Assembly (NCBI RefSeq): GCF_009914755.1
Contig: NC_060928.1
Source: the human T2T-CHM13v2.0 reference genome, Homo sapiens
Strand: one strand, 5' to 3'
DNA length: 64,000 nucleotides
Shown in pieces: positions 1 through 12,824 of this stretch. The notes beneath the pieces were generated by a model, which saw only the letters and a list, made by a program, of their open reading frames with translations, ran no database searches and was not told the DNA's origin. The position numbers were made by a program, and so were the translations under genes. Numbering within the stretch: the stretch's first letter is position 1; each line of letters begins with the position of its first letter.

Positions 1-1254
1 TCCTATGACATTATAGATAATTCAGTTTAGTACACATCAAAATGATTTCTCTAAAGATATCTAGATAGAACCTTATAAGCTGGAATGTCTTTTTTAGGAA
101 TGGGATTGCAGAGGGGCTGCCTGGGCTGCTGACAGTAGGGGCCAGATGCAAACTCTGCTTGCCTTTGACCCGGCAATGCCATTTATAAAAACTTACTCTA
201 GAAACTAATCAGCCAAAAATGTACTGCAGTAAGAATGCTTATTGTGACATTGTTTAATAGTCAAAACAAAACAAAAAACCCAACATGTGACTATCCCATG
301 TCATATTCCTTGAAAATGACACCATAAGTAGATCTGTATTTACTGACGTAAAAGATGTCTAAGTTGTTAAATGAAAAGAGTACAGCATGGTCTCCTGTAC
401 TGTTGATATTTCCATGTGCGTATACATGGAAAAACACCCACGATGCAGATGTCCAGGTTATAGACAGGATGACCATAGGGCCCAACCTGGCATAGCCCTG
501 GTTTATGACTCCTGTCCTGGCAAAATTATTAATAGCCTTCCTCCTCTTCACTGTCAAAAGCTTCCTGCTTTGGATGGTAAATATATGCTTATTCTAGTTA
601 TGGGTGGTTTTTCACTTTCTTCTTTATACCTCTTGCATTTCAGAGGTTTTTTTGCACCACTTTTAAACAGTGAGTGTATATTATTTTTTAAGTGAGTAAG
701 AAGCTATTTACATGGGGGATGGAGGAATGGCCTCCTGCCCTCCCAGACCCTGCCTGCAAGCCGTAGGTGGGCTCCACTGCCAGGTTTCTCTTGGGTTAGG
801 AGTGAAGGCAGCACCATGGTGGGGAAGGGCATTCCAGGCCATTCTTAGCAAAAACATTGGGTCCAACCTGCATGATCCTGTGCTTTAAATCACAGAATCT
901 AAGCTTACTCCTGAATACCACAATATCTGGTACTGTCCAGTGACACAGCCAATATTCTTTTCTTTCAAAAAATAAAGGTCTGATAAGACAATGGGAATGA
1001 TTTAGTAATAGGAAATTGGACATTTCATAACTTGGGAAAATTTCCCAGTTTGAGAAAAAGTATTTTGTGAAAAAAAGCCCCACTATAAATCACTTATCAT
1101 GCTGACTGTTTTCTAGCCCACATTTACTTCTCATCAGCATTTGAAGTATTTGTGGGGAGGGTGTGCGTGTGTGTGTATGTACCCAGGATATATCTATGAG
1201 CTGGAATAGCAGAGGGAGACAAGAAATAGAATAATAGTAGAAAGCAGAGATCAG

Positions 1255-1669
1255 GGTATATTTGCTTCCTGTTGCTACCATAACAAGTTACTACAAAAAT
1301 AGTGACTAAAGCAACAGAAATTCTTCTCTCAGTGTTCTGGAGGCCATAGCTCCAAAACCATGCCGTTAGCTTGTCTGTACTTGGCCTCTTCCAGCTTCTG
1401 GTGTCTGTCAGCTTCCTAGACTTGTGGTCACGGCACTCCAGCCTCTGCCTCCTTGGTCACATTGATTCCCCTTCTCATCTCCTCCTCTGTATGTCTATTA
1501 TAAGAATGCTTGTCACTGGATATAGGGCCCATCTGGATAATCCAGGATGCTCTCCTCCTCCCAAAGTCCTTACTTAATTATATCTGCAAAGAAGGTAACA
1601 TTCACAAGCTCCAGGGATTAGGAAGTGAACACATCTCTTTTGAGGGGACACCATTCAACTCACTCTACA
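1255..1669 (-). mobile_element. MaLR solo LTR (MLT1B/C/D-like)
   Basis: Typical MLT1 segments: ttgctaccataacaa...ttctggaggc...cttccagcttctggtg...ggataatccaggat...ggggacaccattcaac. Confidence 0.75.
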
Positions 1670-3028
1670 GGGTCATTATATTAATGCTGAGATAAAATTA
1701 CAGAAGGTATAGGATGTGGTCATGGTTTACAGGGGCCCTGTATTTCTTCTACAGGCCAACTTAAAAAAAATGATACGTGAAAGGGAAAGAAGAAAGTACT
1801 TACTACACAGTAAGTATTTCCAAGAGGTGGCCCAGTGAGACTTTTGAATCTGTTAATAAAATGATTACTATTTGGTTCAAATCCACAGATGGTTATTTTA
1901 TCATTAATTGCAAGATAGGAACACAAAATATTTTTTCTCTAGTCCCCATTTGAGTAGCAGCCTTGTTTGACATTTCTGACATGGAGGACACCAAGAGAAA
2001 ATGGCAGTCAGCATCCCTGGGCTGTCACTCACCGGCCTAATGACCTAGGGCAAGGGACCTGTTCTCACTGCCTCTCTTTTCTTTACCATGAGGATAATCA
2101 TGTTTCCCTTAGAGGGTTATGAGTATGGTATGGGCCAATACACATAACGTGCATGGAATGGCGATGGTGCATAGTGGCCTCGCAATCAGTGCTATCTGCT
2201 GCTGCTACCTGCCAGAGCAGAAACTTTTCCCAAAGGTGGCCAGAGACAGAAACCAGAGAAACCATCCTTCTGGACAGGCTGTCTGAGTGGCAGGGCAGGG
2301 TACAAAGCGGCCACTTTTTTTCCCGGATGGAAAGAAAGATCAATGCCTAACTTGGAGGCTTCCTTTCTCCCAAAAGACAAGAAAGACTTGGCATCTTATT
2401 CTTCAGTCTTCTTGCTCTCCCCCTTTCCACCTTTTTGGCCTTGTGATAGCTGAGTAATGAGCTAAAGAATTTTGGTTCAAAACTGTCACCTTTTAAAATT
2501 AGGTTTGCCCTAAATAACATCCTTGACTTTAAGAGAATTTTCTTAAGTTTTAGACATTTTTAATCACTGTGAGTATTCAAATTAATCACATGCAAAGCAT
2601 TAGTTAGAGGCTCTTGGACATTTTCTGTTTTTAGAGCTTTGTTGGATGCTCACATGGCAATGTCTGTGCAGTCAGTTCCTACCCAGCCTCTGGGCTCTTC
2701 TTGCAGCTTATCTTGCAGAAAGAAGCCTCATCAGAATTCCAGAATCTCAGCTATGATTAGCTTACTCCACCTCAGCTCAGAAACATGCATGATTCCCTGG
2801 AGCTACCAAACGTGGGGCAGGTTTCTTGCCGTCAATTTTGCCTCTCACAATAACCCTTCCAGCCTTCTTGCCAGCTGCTCTCTTCCACATGCACCCTTGT
2901 GCCTGAGGCAAACTGAATCACTCTCGGTTCCCTCTCTCTTGTACTTTTCTCTTCCTTTTCCCTCATCCTTAAGGCTCGGCTCAAATGAAGGATTCTGTGG
3001 AACCTTGATTGCTCAGTTAGAAATGAGC

Positions 3029-3312
3029 AAACTGTCGCAAGGACAGAAAACCAAACATCGCATGTTCTCACTCATAGGTGGGAATTGAACAATGAGAACA
3101 CTTGGACACAGGAAGGGGAACATCAAACACTGGGGCCTATCGTGGGGTGGGGGGAGGGGGGAGGGATAGCATTAGGAGATATACCTAATGTTAAATGACG
3201 AGTTAATGGGTGCAGCACACCAACATGGCACACTTATACATATGTAACAAACCTGCACGTTGTGCACATGTACCCTAAAATTTAAAGTATAATAATAATA
3301 ATAATAATAAAA
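3029..3312 (+). mobile_element. 5'-truncated primate L1 3' end (about L1PA4) with 10-bp TSD
   Basis: ORF2 tail (KTKHRMFSLIGGN*), G-rich 3' UTR tract and (TAA)n tail. TSD AGAAATGAGC at 3019-3028 and 3313-3322. Confidence 0.92.
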
Positions 3313-3650
3313 AGAAATGAGCCAGCTTCTCTTTCATCTGAGCTCTACTTCCTTTTGATTCTCTCTGCTTTCTGAGATCACATCTTACATGACAATTTTT
3401 CATACTTGGCTTTATTTCCCTAGAATGTTGTTAATTGGCACCAGGTTGGAGCTCAGGTCGTATACTTTATTCCTTGCAGAGTCTGACAGGGTCAGAACAT
3501 GATAACACATTTGAGAAGTGAGAAGAAGGGAGGAAGGGGCCAGGGAAGTGAGGGGAGAATAGGGGGTGGAAGTAGGGGAAGAAGCAAATAGGGCAAGGTT
3601 TTAGTTGCCTCCCTTCTGTTCTTATGCTGTTAATTAATAATGGAACCAGT

Positions 3651-3948
3651 GGCCAGGCATGATGGCTCATCCCTGTAATCCCAGGACTTTGGAGGCTGAG
3701 GCAGGAGTATCGCTTGAGCCCAGGAGTTTGAGACAAGCCTGGACAGCATAGTGAGACCCTGTCTCTACAAAAATAAAAAAAAAATTAGCCAGGCATGGTG
3801 GTGGGCACCTATAATTTCAGCTACTTGGGAGGCCGAGGTGGGAGGATCATTGGAGCCCACAAGATTGAGGCTGCAGTGAGATGTGATTGTGCCTCTGCAC
3901 TGCAGCTCGGGTGACAAAGCCAGACTCTGTCTCAAAAAAAAAAAAAAA
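3651..3948 (+). mobile_element. Alu, AluJ-type
   Basis: Dimeric Alu with J-type diagnostics (cgcttgagcccaggagtttgag, gaggctgcagtgag) and an A tail. Confidence 0.92.
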
Positions 3949-4051
3949 GGAACAAGAATTTGGATAAATGGAACATGAAACACAATTCATTTTTATTATT
4001 AAGTTGTATTCTGTGCATAAATTATTTCCATGTCTTCTCTCCCTTTTAAAG

Positions 4052-4210
4052 GTGTGCCACGTCATCACCGAGGTGAAATCTGGAAATTTCTAGCTGAGCA
4101 ATTCCACCTTAAACACCAGTTTCCCAGCAAACAGCAGCCAAAGGATGTGCCATACAAAGAACTCTTAAAGCAGCTGACTTCCCAGCAGCATGCGATTCTT
4201 ATTGACCTTG
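4052..4210 (+). CDS. TBC1D1: TBC1D1 internal coding exon (159 nt, phase 1-1; probably exon 15 of 20), N-terminal part of the TBC Rab-GAP domain
   Basis: Acceptor ...cttttaaAG and donor GTAAGT at 4211. Translates (G)[16 protein letters not shown]...QQHAILIDL(G), with the TBC signature 'RGEIW' and the start of IxxDxxR. Confidence 0.96.
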
Positions 4211-4734
4211 GTAAGTCTGTGCCATCGATTGGAGATGACAATGGAAGTTTCACTCACATGAAAAATCTGAAGAGACTGTCCAAGTTATGTATTGACCTGC
4301 CTTTAGGTTTAGCAATCAAAATTTACTACTGAGACTTTTAATTTAAAAAGCCCTAGGGTAATCACAAATGTCATCTTCAAGCATATAAAAATCTCTGTAT
4401 TTTCACTGGGGAGCTTGTTAACTTTGCTTGGCATGGAGGGAGGGTGTTCATTAAGGCTGCAGTCATAATTGTGGTTCAGTCCAGTAACTCAAATATTGAT
4501 AGGAGGTTTTTACAGTCAACCGAAGGAACATCCTGGAAAACGTATAGATGTTCAGAACCGAGGCTTGGTTTAATTACAGGAGCCACTCCCTCGTTTTTAC
4601 TGCTCACAAACAGAATTCATCAGAAAAATTGTAGAAAGCAGTTTGTGTGTGTGCCTTGAATGATTTTATTTTGGAAACTGGGTGGCACCTTGTCTCTTGA
4701 ATAGTTTTTAAAATAAGAAGATGGGAACAATATA

Positions 4735-5369
4735 CAGTCAGCCCTCCATATCTATGGGTTCTGAATTTGGGGACTCAACCAACCTCAGATGGAAAGTATT
4801 TGGGAAGAAAAATCAATGAAAACTAAACAATAATATAGATTTTAAAATATAGTAACTATCTATGTAGAATTTACATTGTATTAGGTGTTATAGGTAATCT
4901 AGAGATGATTTAAGGTGTGTGGGAGGATGTGGCCGGGCACAGTGGCTCACGCCTGTAATCTCAGCACTTTGGGAGGCCAAGGCTGGTGGATCATGAAGTC
5001 AGGAGATCGAGACCATCCTGGCTGACACGGTGAAACCCTGTCTCTAATAAAAATACAAAAAAATTAGCCAGGCATGGTGGTGGGCGCCTATAGTCCCAGC
5101 TACTCAGGAGGCCGAGGCAGGAGAATGGCGTGAACCCAGGAGGCGGAGCTTGCAGTGAGCCAAGATCATGCCACTACGCTCCAGCCTGGGTGACAGAATG
5201 AGACTCTGTCTCAAAAAAAAAAAAAAAAAAAAAAAAAAGTGTATGGGAGGATGTGTGTAGGTTATGTGCAAACATAGCACCATCTTATAGAAGGGCCTTG
5301 AGCACCGTGGATTTTGGTGTCTGTGGGGACTCCTGCAACCTATCCCCCGAGGATGCCAAGGGATGACTG
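4735..5369 (-). mobile_element. MER2 (TcMar-Tigger) interrupted by an AluY
   Basis: Terminal inverted repeats cagtcagccctc... and ...agggatgactg, TA on both flanks, and MER2-like internal sequence. Confidence 0.8.
4931..5238 (+). mobile_element. AluY with ~19-bp TSD
   Basis: Y diagnostics ggagaatggcgtgaaccc and ggagcttgcagtgagc. TSD aaggtgtgtgggaggatgt (4912-4930) / aaagtgtatgggaggatgt (5236-5254). Confidence 0.93.
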
Positions 5370-5799
5370 TATTGGATAGATTTGCAGTTGCCACTGTGAA
5401 GGACTTGTTGAACTGGGGTGTGATTATGATGCACAGAGGGCCCTCCTGACTTGTCAGTGGCCATGCACAGGGCCAGGTGGCAATGCACTCCCGTTTGCCT
5501 GCCGCCTATCACCCAAGCTGCTGTCTCTACTGGTGGTGAGCTGGCTCGATGTGGTAGGAGATGGGCCCTGCTGCTTTTAGAGCATGTGGCCCTGCTTCCA
5601 GAATACCTGTTCTGGTTGCAGCTGCTGCTGCTGAAGGCTCCACAGAACACACAGTGCTTTGGGGCCCTGCGGTGGCCCGGTTCTCTGATTGTTCCTGCAG
5701 CCACGACAGAGGATGCAGTGTGAGCCGCATCAGGCAGTATGAAGTCCTTTCCTCTCAAGCCACGTAGCTAGCCTTAAAGGTTAATTTCATAACCCTTAA

Positions 5800-6110
<311 letters not shown>

Positions 6111-6489
6111 CCACTTAAGGTTATTCTTTAGCTTGAACATCATCTCTGAGAAACTTTCCCTGACTGTGGTCTCCTCTCCCACCTCAAGACTGGATGAGGT
6201 GTCTTGCTAAGCCCCCTGTAGCACCCCACACTCTCCCCATGGTGCGTATCACATTTCTCATCATCACCGTTATCTGCTTATTATCATCACTGCTGCTGCC
6301 TAACTTCACCTTGGGCCAAATGTTGTGCAAAGGGACTTAAACTCCTTTCTTTAATCCTTACAACATGATCAGGTAGATGTTGTTCTGTTTCTCTTTAGAG
6401 TTGAGAAAATAGAAACAGACAGGTTACGTAACTTGCTGAAAGTGACACAGCCGATTTGCCGCTAATCAGTGTGACTTCGGAAGCTGCAC

Positions 6490-7045
6490 TTTTTTTTCAA
6501 CTTTTATTTTAGATTCCAGGATTGCGTATGCAGGTTTCTTACAAAGGTGTATTGTGTGATGCTGAGGATTGGAGTGTGATTGAACTTGTCACCCAGGAAC
6601 CAAGCATGGTACCCAATAGGTAGTTTTTCAACCCTTGCCTTCCTCCCTCCCTCTCCACCCCCCAGGAGTCCCTGGTGTCTGTTCTCATCTTTATGTCCAT
6701 GTGTACCCAGTGTTCAGCTCTCATTTCTAAGTGAGAACATGTGATGCTTGGTTTCTGTTTCTGAATTAGTTTACTTAGGGTAATGACCTGCAGCTGCATC
6801 CATGTTGCTGCAAAGGACATGATTTTGTCCCTTTCTATGGCTGCAGAGTATTGCATGGTGTCCATATATCACATTTTCTTTATCCGGTTCACTGTTACTG
6901 GGCACCTGGGTTGGTTCCATGTCTTTGCAATTGTGAATAGTGCTGTGATGAACGTGTGAGTACATGTGTCTTTTTGGTAGGATGATTTATTTTGTTTTGA
7001 GTATATACTCAGTAATGGGATTGCAGGGTCGAATGGTAATTCAGC
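6490..7045 (-). mobile_element. L1 3' end (older primate, about L1PA13-16)
   Basis: Antisense L1 3' UTR. Minus-strand ORF fragments (YSAAIERDKIMSFAATWMQL..ITLSKL) resemble the L1 ORF2 C-terminus. Confidence 0.85.
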
Positions 7046-8629
7046 TCTTAGCAGAACCTGTATTTCTTACTCCACCTCCCCCGCCTGTCCTTAGTATACA
7101 GCAGTGGCTCTTTATTGCCTTTTTCCCTTATAGGATACAGCCCTCTGCGGACTGGGCTGGGGCTGTTTGGCCATTATACCCTCGGCTTCTAGGACAGTGG
7201 CTGTGACACAGCAGATGCTCAAAGAATATCTTTAAGATTCAGAGTGTGAGACACTGCACTAGCACCGCCATCTCATGGGCCCTCACAACAGCCCTGGGAA
7301 GGTGGCCTGCACCCTCTCTAAGAAATGAAGAAACTGAGGTCACATGTTGACCATGGTCACAAAGTCACCTGAGGGGAGGTGACAGGAACTGAACCCACTG
7401 TCACTCTGTGTTTCCCTGGGACCCTCTGAGCGCAGGAGGCCCGTGTTGCTGTGCAGTGGCAGGCCAAGGCAATGCCTTGGTGGAGCTGGGGCCCATTTGG
7501 CCCACTGACCTGAGGAAAGCAGTTTTGTGAATTGGCAGTAGCTGCATTTGCTGACATGGTGAGTTACAGGAAATGCCATCATGTTCCTATCATGTGAAAC
7601 AAAGTGAGAAATAGGTTCAGGGTGGGAGGCTGAAAGGGAGGAATGCAGACAGCCCCGCTCCCCACACTTGCTCCAAGGCTGGGAGGAGGAACGGGAAGGT
7701 GTCTCCCCTCCTGGATTCAGTCACCTTCTTCTCTTCATTCCCCTGCAGTATCCCCTCATTCTTCCACGGACACGATCAGCCCCTGCTTCTTGTTGCTCAG
7801 ATGTCATCACTTTTCTGCAGAGGGAAAAGAAGAGACCAGATCAGAACAAGGGCCTCGGCGTGGCTGTGCACTCCGAAGGCACTGTGTGTGCCTGAGCCCC
7901 ACCACGGCCTCCCCTGCAGGGCTCAGGCAGCCTTCCTTGAGCTGGCATGAGGTCTGTGGGAGCCCGGTCCACTGGCAGGGCTGGCTGCATTCAAGTCCTC
8001 TCCATCCCTGCCTCTCCCCACCCTCTCCCTCTGCTGCCCCCTTCTCTGACAGTGCTGACCCCCCTCTCTCTTCCCCACTCTTTCCCATCCTCGCCTGGCC
8101 TCCGGTTTGGATGCTGTCCACACACTTCCCGAGGGCCTGAGAGGACCTCCGTGTGAGGCAATGCATTTCCCAGGTCACCTCTGTGTCTCTCTCCAGGCTT
8201 TTTCCAGGGACTCCCCGGGGTCAGTCTCCTCTCCCCACTGGAACGGGGAAACTGGGATTGGCCTAGACCCGGCAGTGGAGTCCCAGGTGCCCTGCCTGCC
8301 CGGCTGACTCCGCCCAGGGAGGCCTCCCACAGAAGCTCCTCCAGACTCCACCTGTTACCTCCCCCACTCCTCTCACCCAAGGCTGTGCTGTGGCCAAGTC
8401 AGTTGTTTAGTCTACACTTTCTGTTTAGTCTACACCATGGCTACCTCAAGGCCCAGTGAAGGTGTGTAGTATAAAGCAAAATCAAATCCATATTTCAGTT
8501 TTCCTTAAAAAGTGACCTTCATATTCTGGCCAGAAGAACAGAATGGTTGGTTGGATATATTTTGAGTTTTCATGGGTTTTTGTTTTCCTGCCTCTTGTTA
8601 TACTTTCTGAAATTGGCTTTTAGTCTAAA

Positions 8630-8660
<31 letters not shown>

Positions 8661-9810
8661 GGCAATGTGTTTTCCTCCAAAGAGTAAGAATAATAGGCCT
8701 CATGGCTGGGTCGTGTTCTACAGTTTGTGAATATTTTCTCAACCTTTGTCAAATTTCATCTTTACACATCCTGTGTGAAATTGGGCACGTGCCGTTATTT
8801 CCAACTTAGAGGGGATGAATGAGCCCTTAAGAGCTTGAGTTCTCTGCCCACATTGCGAGTTACTCAGTGCCAGAAGGAGTTCTGGAACCCAGGTCTCCTC
8901 AGTCTCCATACCACATCCCTTCTAGGGCACCATGTTGCTTCTGTGTTTCTTGGCTCTGCCCACTCCATGCCAGCACAACTCTCCCCACCCCTGCTTTGGT
9001 GGAATCATGTTCCTTTGGGGTAGATCACACCAGCCAGAGGCAACTGCTCTCAGCTTAGCAGATGGTACTCATCACATTATTCTTGAAGCCTTGGGTCAGG
9101 AGCCTGCCCCACCCATCTGCATCCATTTGTCCAGCCCTCAGACAATTGCCACTGTTTTCATGTCTATTCTTTGACTCTCTATCCTGGGTAGACAACATGG
9201 ACTGCCCAGCATCCTGTCTTCTGTCTGGGGCTCCCACTGTCGTCCTGACCACGCTGGGGGCTGCCAGTGACACTGGGAAACTCCCGAGGGACCCCCTTCA
9301 GGCTTCACATCATCTGCTCCCTCCCTAGCATCCCAGCCTAGAACACTTTCCAGCCATCAGCTGCATTCCCCAGTGAGGCGTGCAGCCTCTCCCATGATAG
9401 GAGGGCTTCAGCCGAAAGAACACTTCAACAGGCCCAGAAACCCAGGAGCACCATTAGATCAGAAAGCAGAAGCAAGAATGCATCTAATCTCCCCCACATC
9501 AATTGCTATAGTTTTATTAATCTGCATATTATAGGTCAGTAAGGGGATGGCACAGTTTATAATCCCTGCAAGAGTCTGATGATCTTTTGGTGACCAGAAG
9601 TGCCATTTTTTGATGGGCTTCTAGAGATCCTCCATCAGGGATACCAGACATGTTTGGCATGCCTGTGCTGCCGCGAGACGCTAAGCGTGTGTCCAGACTA
9701 CACGTGTGGGTCATGGGTCCAGCAGCAGAGCTGTCATATTGATTGTTTGCTTCTACTAAATGTATAAAGCCTGCCTGGTGTCCAGAAGAAAAGAAACTAT
9801 AATCCAATTT

Positions 9811-9924
9811 TTTAGAATCCATAAAAGGTAAGAAGTAGGAGAACATTTAGAATCCACAAAAGATGAGAAGTAGGAGAACAGTTGGATTTTTTAGAATCCA
9901 TAAAAGATGAGAAGAAGGAGAACC
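9811..9924 (+). repeat. Three-copy 35-bp minisatellite
   Basis: Unit tttagaatcca(t/c)aaaag(a/g)t(g/a)agaag(t/a)aggagaac(a/c) at 9811, 9846 and 9890, with a 9-bp spacer before copy 3. Confidence 0.9.
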
Positions 9925-12355
9925 TCCAAAAGGAAGGAATCAGCTGAGAGTATTGAAGATGACCAAGTACAAACAGGCAGAGGGGAGCGCTTCCCCTTCT
10001 CCTCTCCCAGGCGGTGGGCTGCCTCGCTCGGCCAGGACACACAGAGCAGCATCGTGCGCTTTGAGGGGCAGGTGGAGCTGCTCATCACTAGCAGGGGTGC
10101 TGGCGGGGACCACAGTGTTCTCTTCCATCTTTGAGTTGAAGTCCTGTGTGAGAAATGAGAAACCTTCATGGCAAAAGACAGAAAGGGACCTAGAATGTAA
10201 CATTCAGCAGTCTTGTTATCTCACGCACCTGTCTGTCCAGTTGGGGACGTTGCTGTATGGAGGTCAGTTGAACAATCACAGTTGAGGAGCCTAATGAATT
10301 CTTGCACCACCAGCCACACACATTATTCTGAAGAGTGAGCCATTGTCTCTGATCTTATCAGGATCACATCGTGGGATCATATTTATTTGGTCATTCTGAA
10401 TATACCCTTTAAGTCCAAAGTGAAATAACTAAATGTCGTTGATAAAAGGAAAGAATAAAGTGGGGTATGATTTCCTTTCACAGAGGTCTGGAATCTTCCT
10501 GCCTTTTTCAAGTCAGTCGGTGGTGCTGGCAAATGTTTAATAACCAGCTCCTCTCACCCCTCAGAGGAAGCCCTTGGTGTTCAGTGTTTGCAGATTTCCA
10601 TTGTGCAACTAGTCCTCCCACACCCCATTTTAAACTACCCACTTGATGTCACTGGTCATGGAGTTGGGCTCACAGAGCCAGTGGGAGTCAACTGGAGCAG
10701 CCACTGGACTCATTCAAGTGTTTCCCAAAACAATCTGCTCCTAGAAGGACTCTCCCTTAATCTCCTAACCCTGCCATTCAGGATGATTCCCTGCACTCTG
10801 GGAAGCACACGTTCTAGTGGGAAGACTGATACTGGGCAACTGATAACCAAGTGACTTAAACTTCTGAGGGTTACAAAGGGTGTTTGTATCCTCAGTGTCT
10901 CATTTCAGATTCTGCTCAGAGCTAAATGCAACAATGTGAGAAGATGTTAGTATCCCAGATCTTCATCCAGGAAGGAATCTTAGAGATCATTAGGTTGTAG
11001 GGTTTCTCTTCTGCAGAGGAGATAGAGGGTCGGTGTCAGATTGCTGGTTTGCCAGTACCACTCCCTGGAGAAAAGAGCAAAAGAAAGAAACTTGTTAGTC
11101 AACTGTGCAGAGCCACCGTGAGACTGAATAGCTTTGTGGGTGGCCCCGTGTTTGCTGCAAGAGACCTCTGGCCTCTTGTAGCAGCTGCCACATGGTAAAC
11201 AGAGCCGAGATATCAGGAGTCTCGCTGAAAATGCAGTCAGATGGGCTCTGAATAGAGGAAGGCAGGACACTCTTGAGATGGGATGGGGTTTCTCACAGCA
11301 CCGTACAGGGACCACCTGCAAGATCTCTTGAGGGGCTTGTGAAAAACACATCCCTGAGGTCACCATTCTTGACCTGCTGCTTATTGAGTTTCTGATGCCT
11401 GGGATGTGCAGGTTTAACAAGCCCCCAGATGATCCTAATAGGATTCCTGCCTGAAAATTGCTGGGTGAAGGCTCTTCCCCCTCCAAGTGATAAAGAAGGA
11501 AAAGATTGATCCTGGAAGAACATCCGTTAGATGAGCAAAATTTTGTGGAGCACTTCATGAAGAGGAATTACTAGGTCATTTAGAAATATGTTTGAATTGT
11601 GGATCATCTTGTAGGCCTTTCTGGCATATTTCTCCACTTAGATCCACAAGACACATCGAATGTCTTTTTATAAAGGGGTTTTTTAATGCCCATGTTTGAC
11701 CCTCTCCACTTAACAGTCCCATTCTCATTTTATATGTGAAGGTAATCTGCTTTACAGAAAAATGTAAAGGACCTGCACTTCTCTGCTTTGTGGTAAGTTG
11801 TAAAATGCAGTTTAAAGAGGCAGGCCTCATATCCTGATAGATTTGTAGGAAGGATTGCACAGTTTTACCCAGCTTCCCTCGAGTTTGGCAGAAATTAGCT
11901 TTCCCTGAGCTGGTGTCTTCCCGAGCTAGCATGCTTCTCCTATGGGGTGTGTGGCCTTCTCTCCTGTCTTTTTGAGGCAGAGCTTCAATCTAGAATCTGT
12001 TCACAAACTGAACAAATGCAACAAACAGTAAACAGTCTTTTGCTCATAGTTAAGGTGCCTTGAGTTGGGTGTGAGGGGCTGAGTGTGTTCTCAGGGGTGC
12101 TCTGCCCACGGCTCCGGCCAACTGCTGCAGGTGCGCATCATATGGGTGGTCTTTGTGGAATGCCATCAGCACTAGCTTAGTACCTCCTAAATGGGAGCTG
12201 GAGGGCTACAGTGCTCAACACTGGATTATACGAATGTGGATTGTCCAGGAAATGCTTTTAATCCCCCTCATCCACTCTCTACCCACGTGACCTGCCTCTC
12301 CCTCTTTACTTGGTGTTTACTCAGGAATGTGGGTGAGTTGTCGTGTTAGCCTAGA

Positions 12356-12824
12356 ACAGCCATTCCCAAACTTTGATGGAAGGATGCCATTCACTTTGAA
12401 AATTATCGAGTAGCCCAAAGAGCTTCTGTTTCCATGGATAATTCCTATCAATATTTACTATATTACCAATTAATTAAAACTGAGATTAGTATTTATTTGA
12501 TTCGTATTTATTTTTACATAGCTATAATAAACTCATACATATAAAAAATTATTAAAAAATGACTGTTTTCCAAAATAAAATTAGTTAGAAATGTGACATT
12601 GTTTCTACATTGAAAAAATCTCTTTAATGTCTGATTTAATAGAATCCGCTGAATTTTATTTGCTTCATTCATTCTGTTTTGCTTGTTATTTGAAGCATAT
12701 AAAGCAAAAGCTGACCTTGCACAGATCTATAGTAGGAAAAGCAGGGGGAGGGCCTCATGGACCCCTAAAAGGATCTCAGCGACCTCCAGGGGTCCTCAGG
12801 CTGACCAAACATTGAGAACTATTG
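12356..12824 (+). mobile_element. hAT-Charlie fossil, MER119-like
   Basis: cagccattcccaaacttt...aaattatcgag..cccaaagagctt...ttgagaactattg, resembling MER119 termini and body. Confidence 0.65.

Noticed and set aside
7643-8380. Dense overlapping ORFs in a C-rich intronic stretch
   Set aside because: Stop-codon-poor base composition, low-complexity Pro/Ser or Gly/Arg translations and no homology I can recognise.
8404-8435. 14-bp direct repeat tgtttagtctacac (similar micro-duplications near 19485, 43380 and 48158)
   Set aside because: Ordinary slippage-type micro-duplications with no associated structure.
9811-9924. CRISPR-like appearance of the 35-bp repeats
   Set aside because: Copies are adjacent or 9 bp apart with no unique spacers and no cas genes, in a eukaryotic intron.
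10980-11558. 192-aa minus-strand ORF, the longest in the track
   Set aside because: No recognisable motifs or codon and splice support, and the length is reachable by chance in 64 kb x 6 frames.
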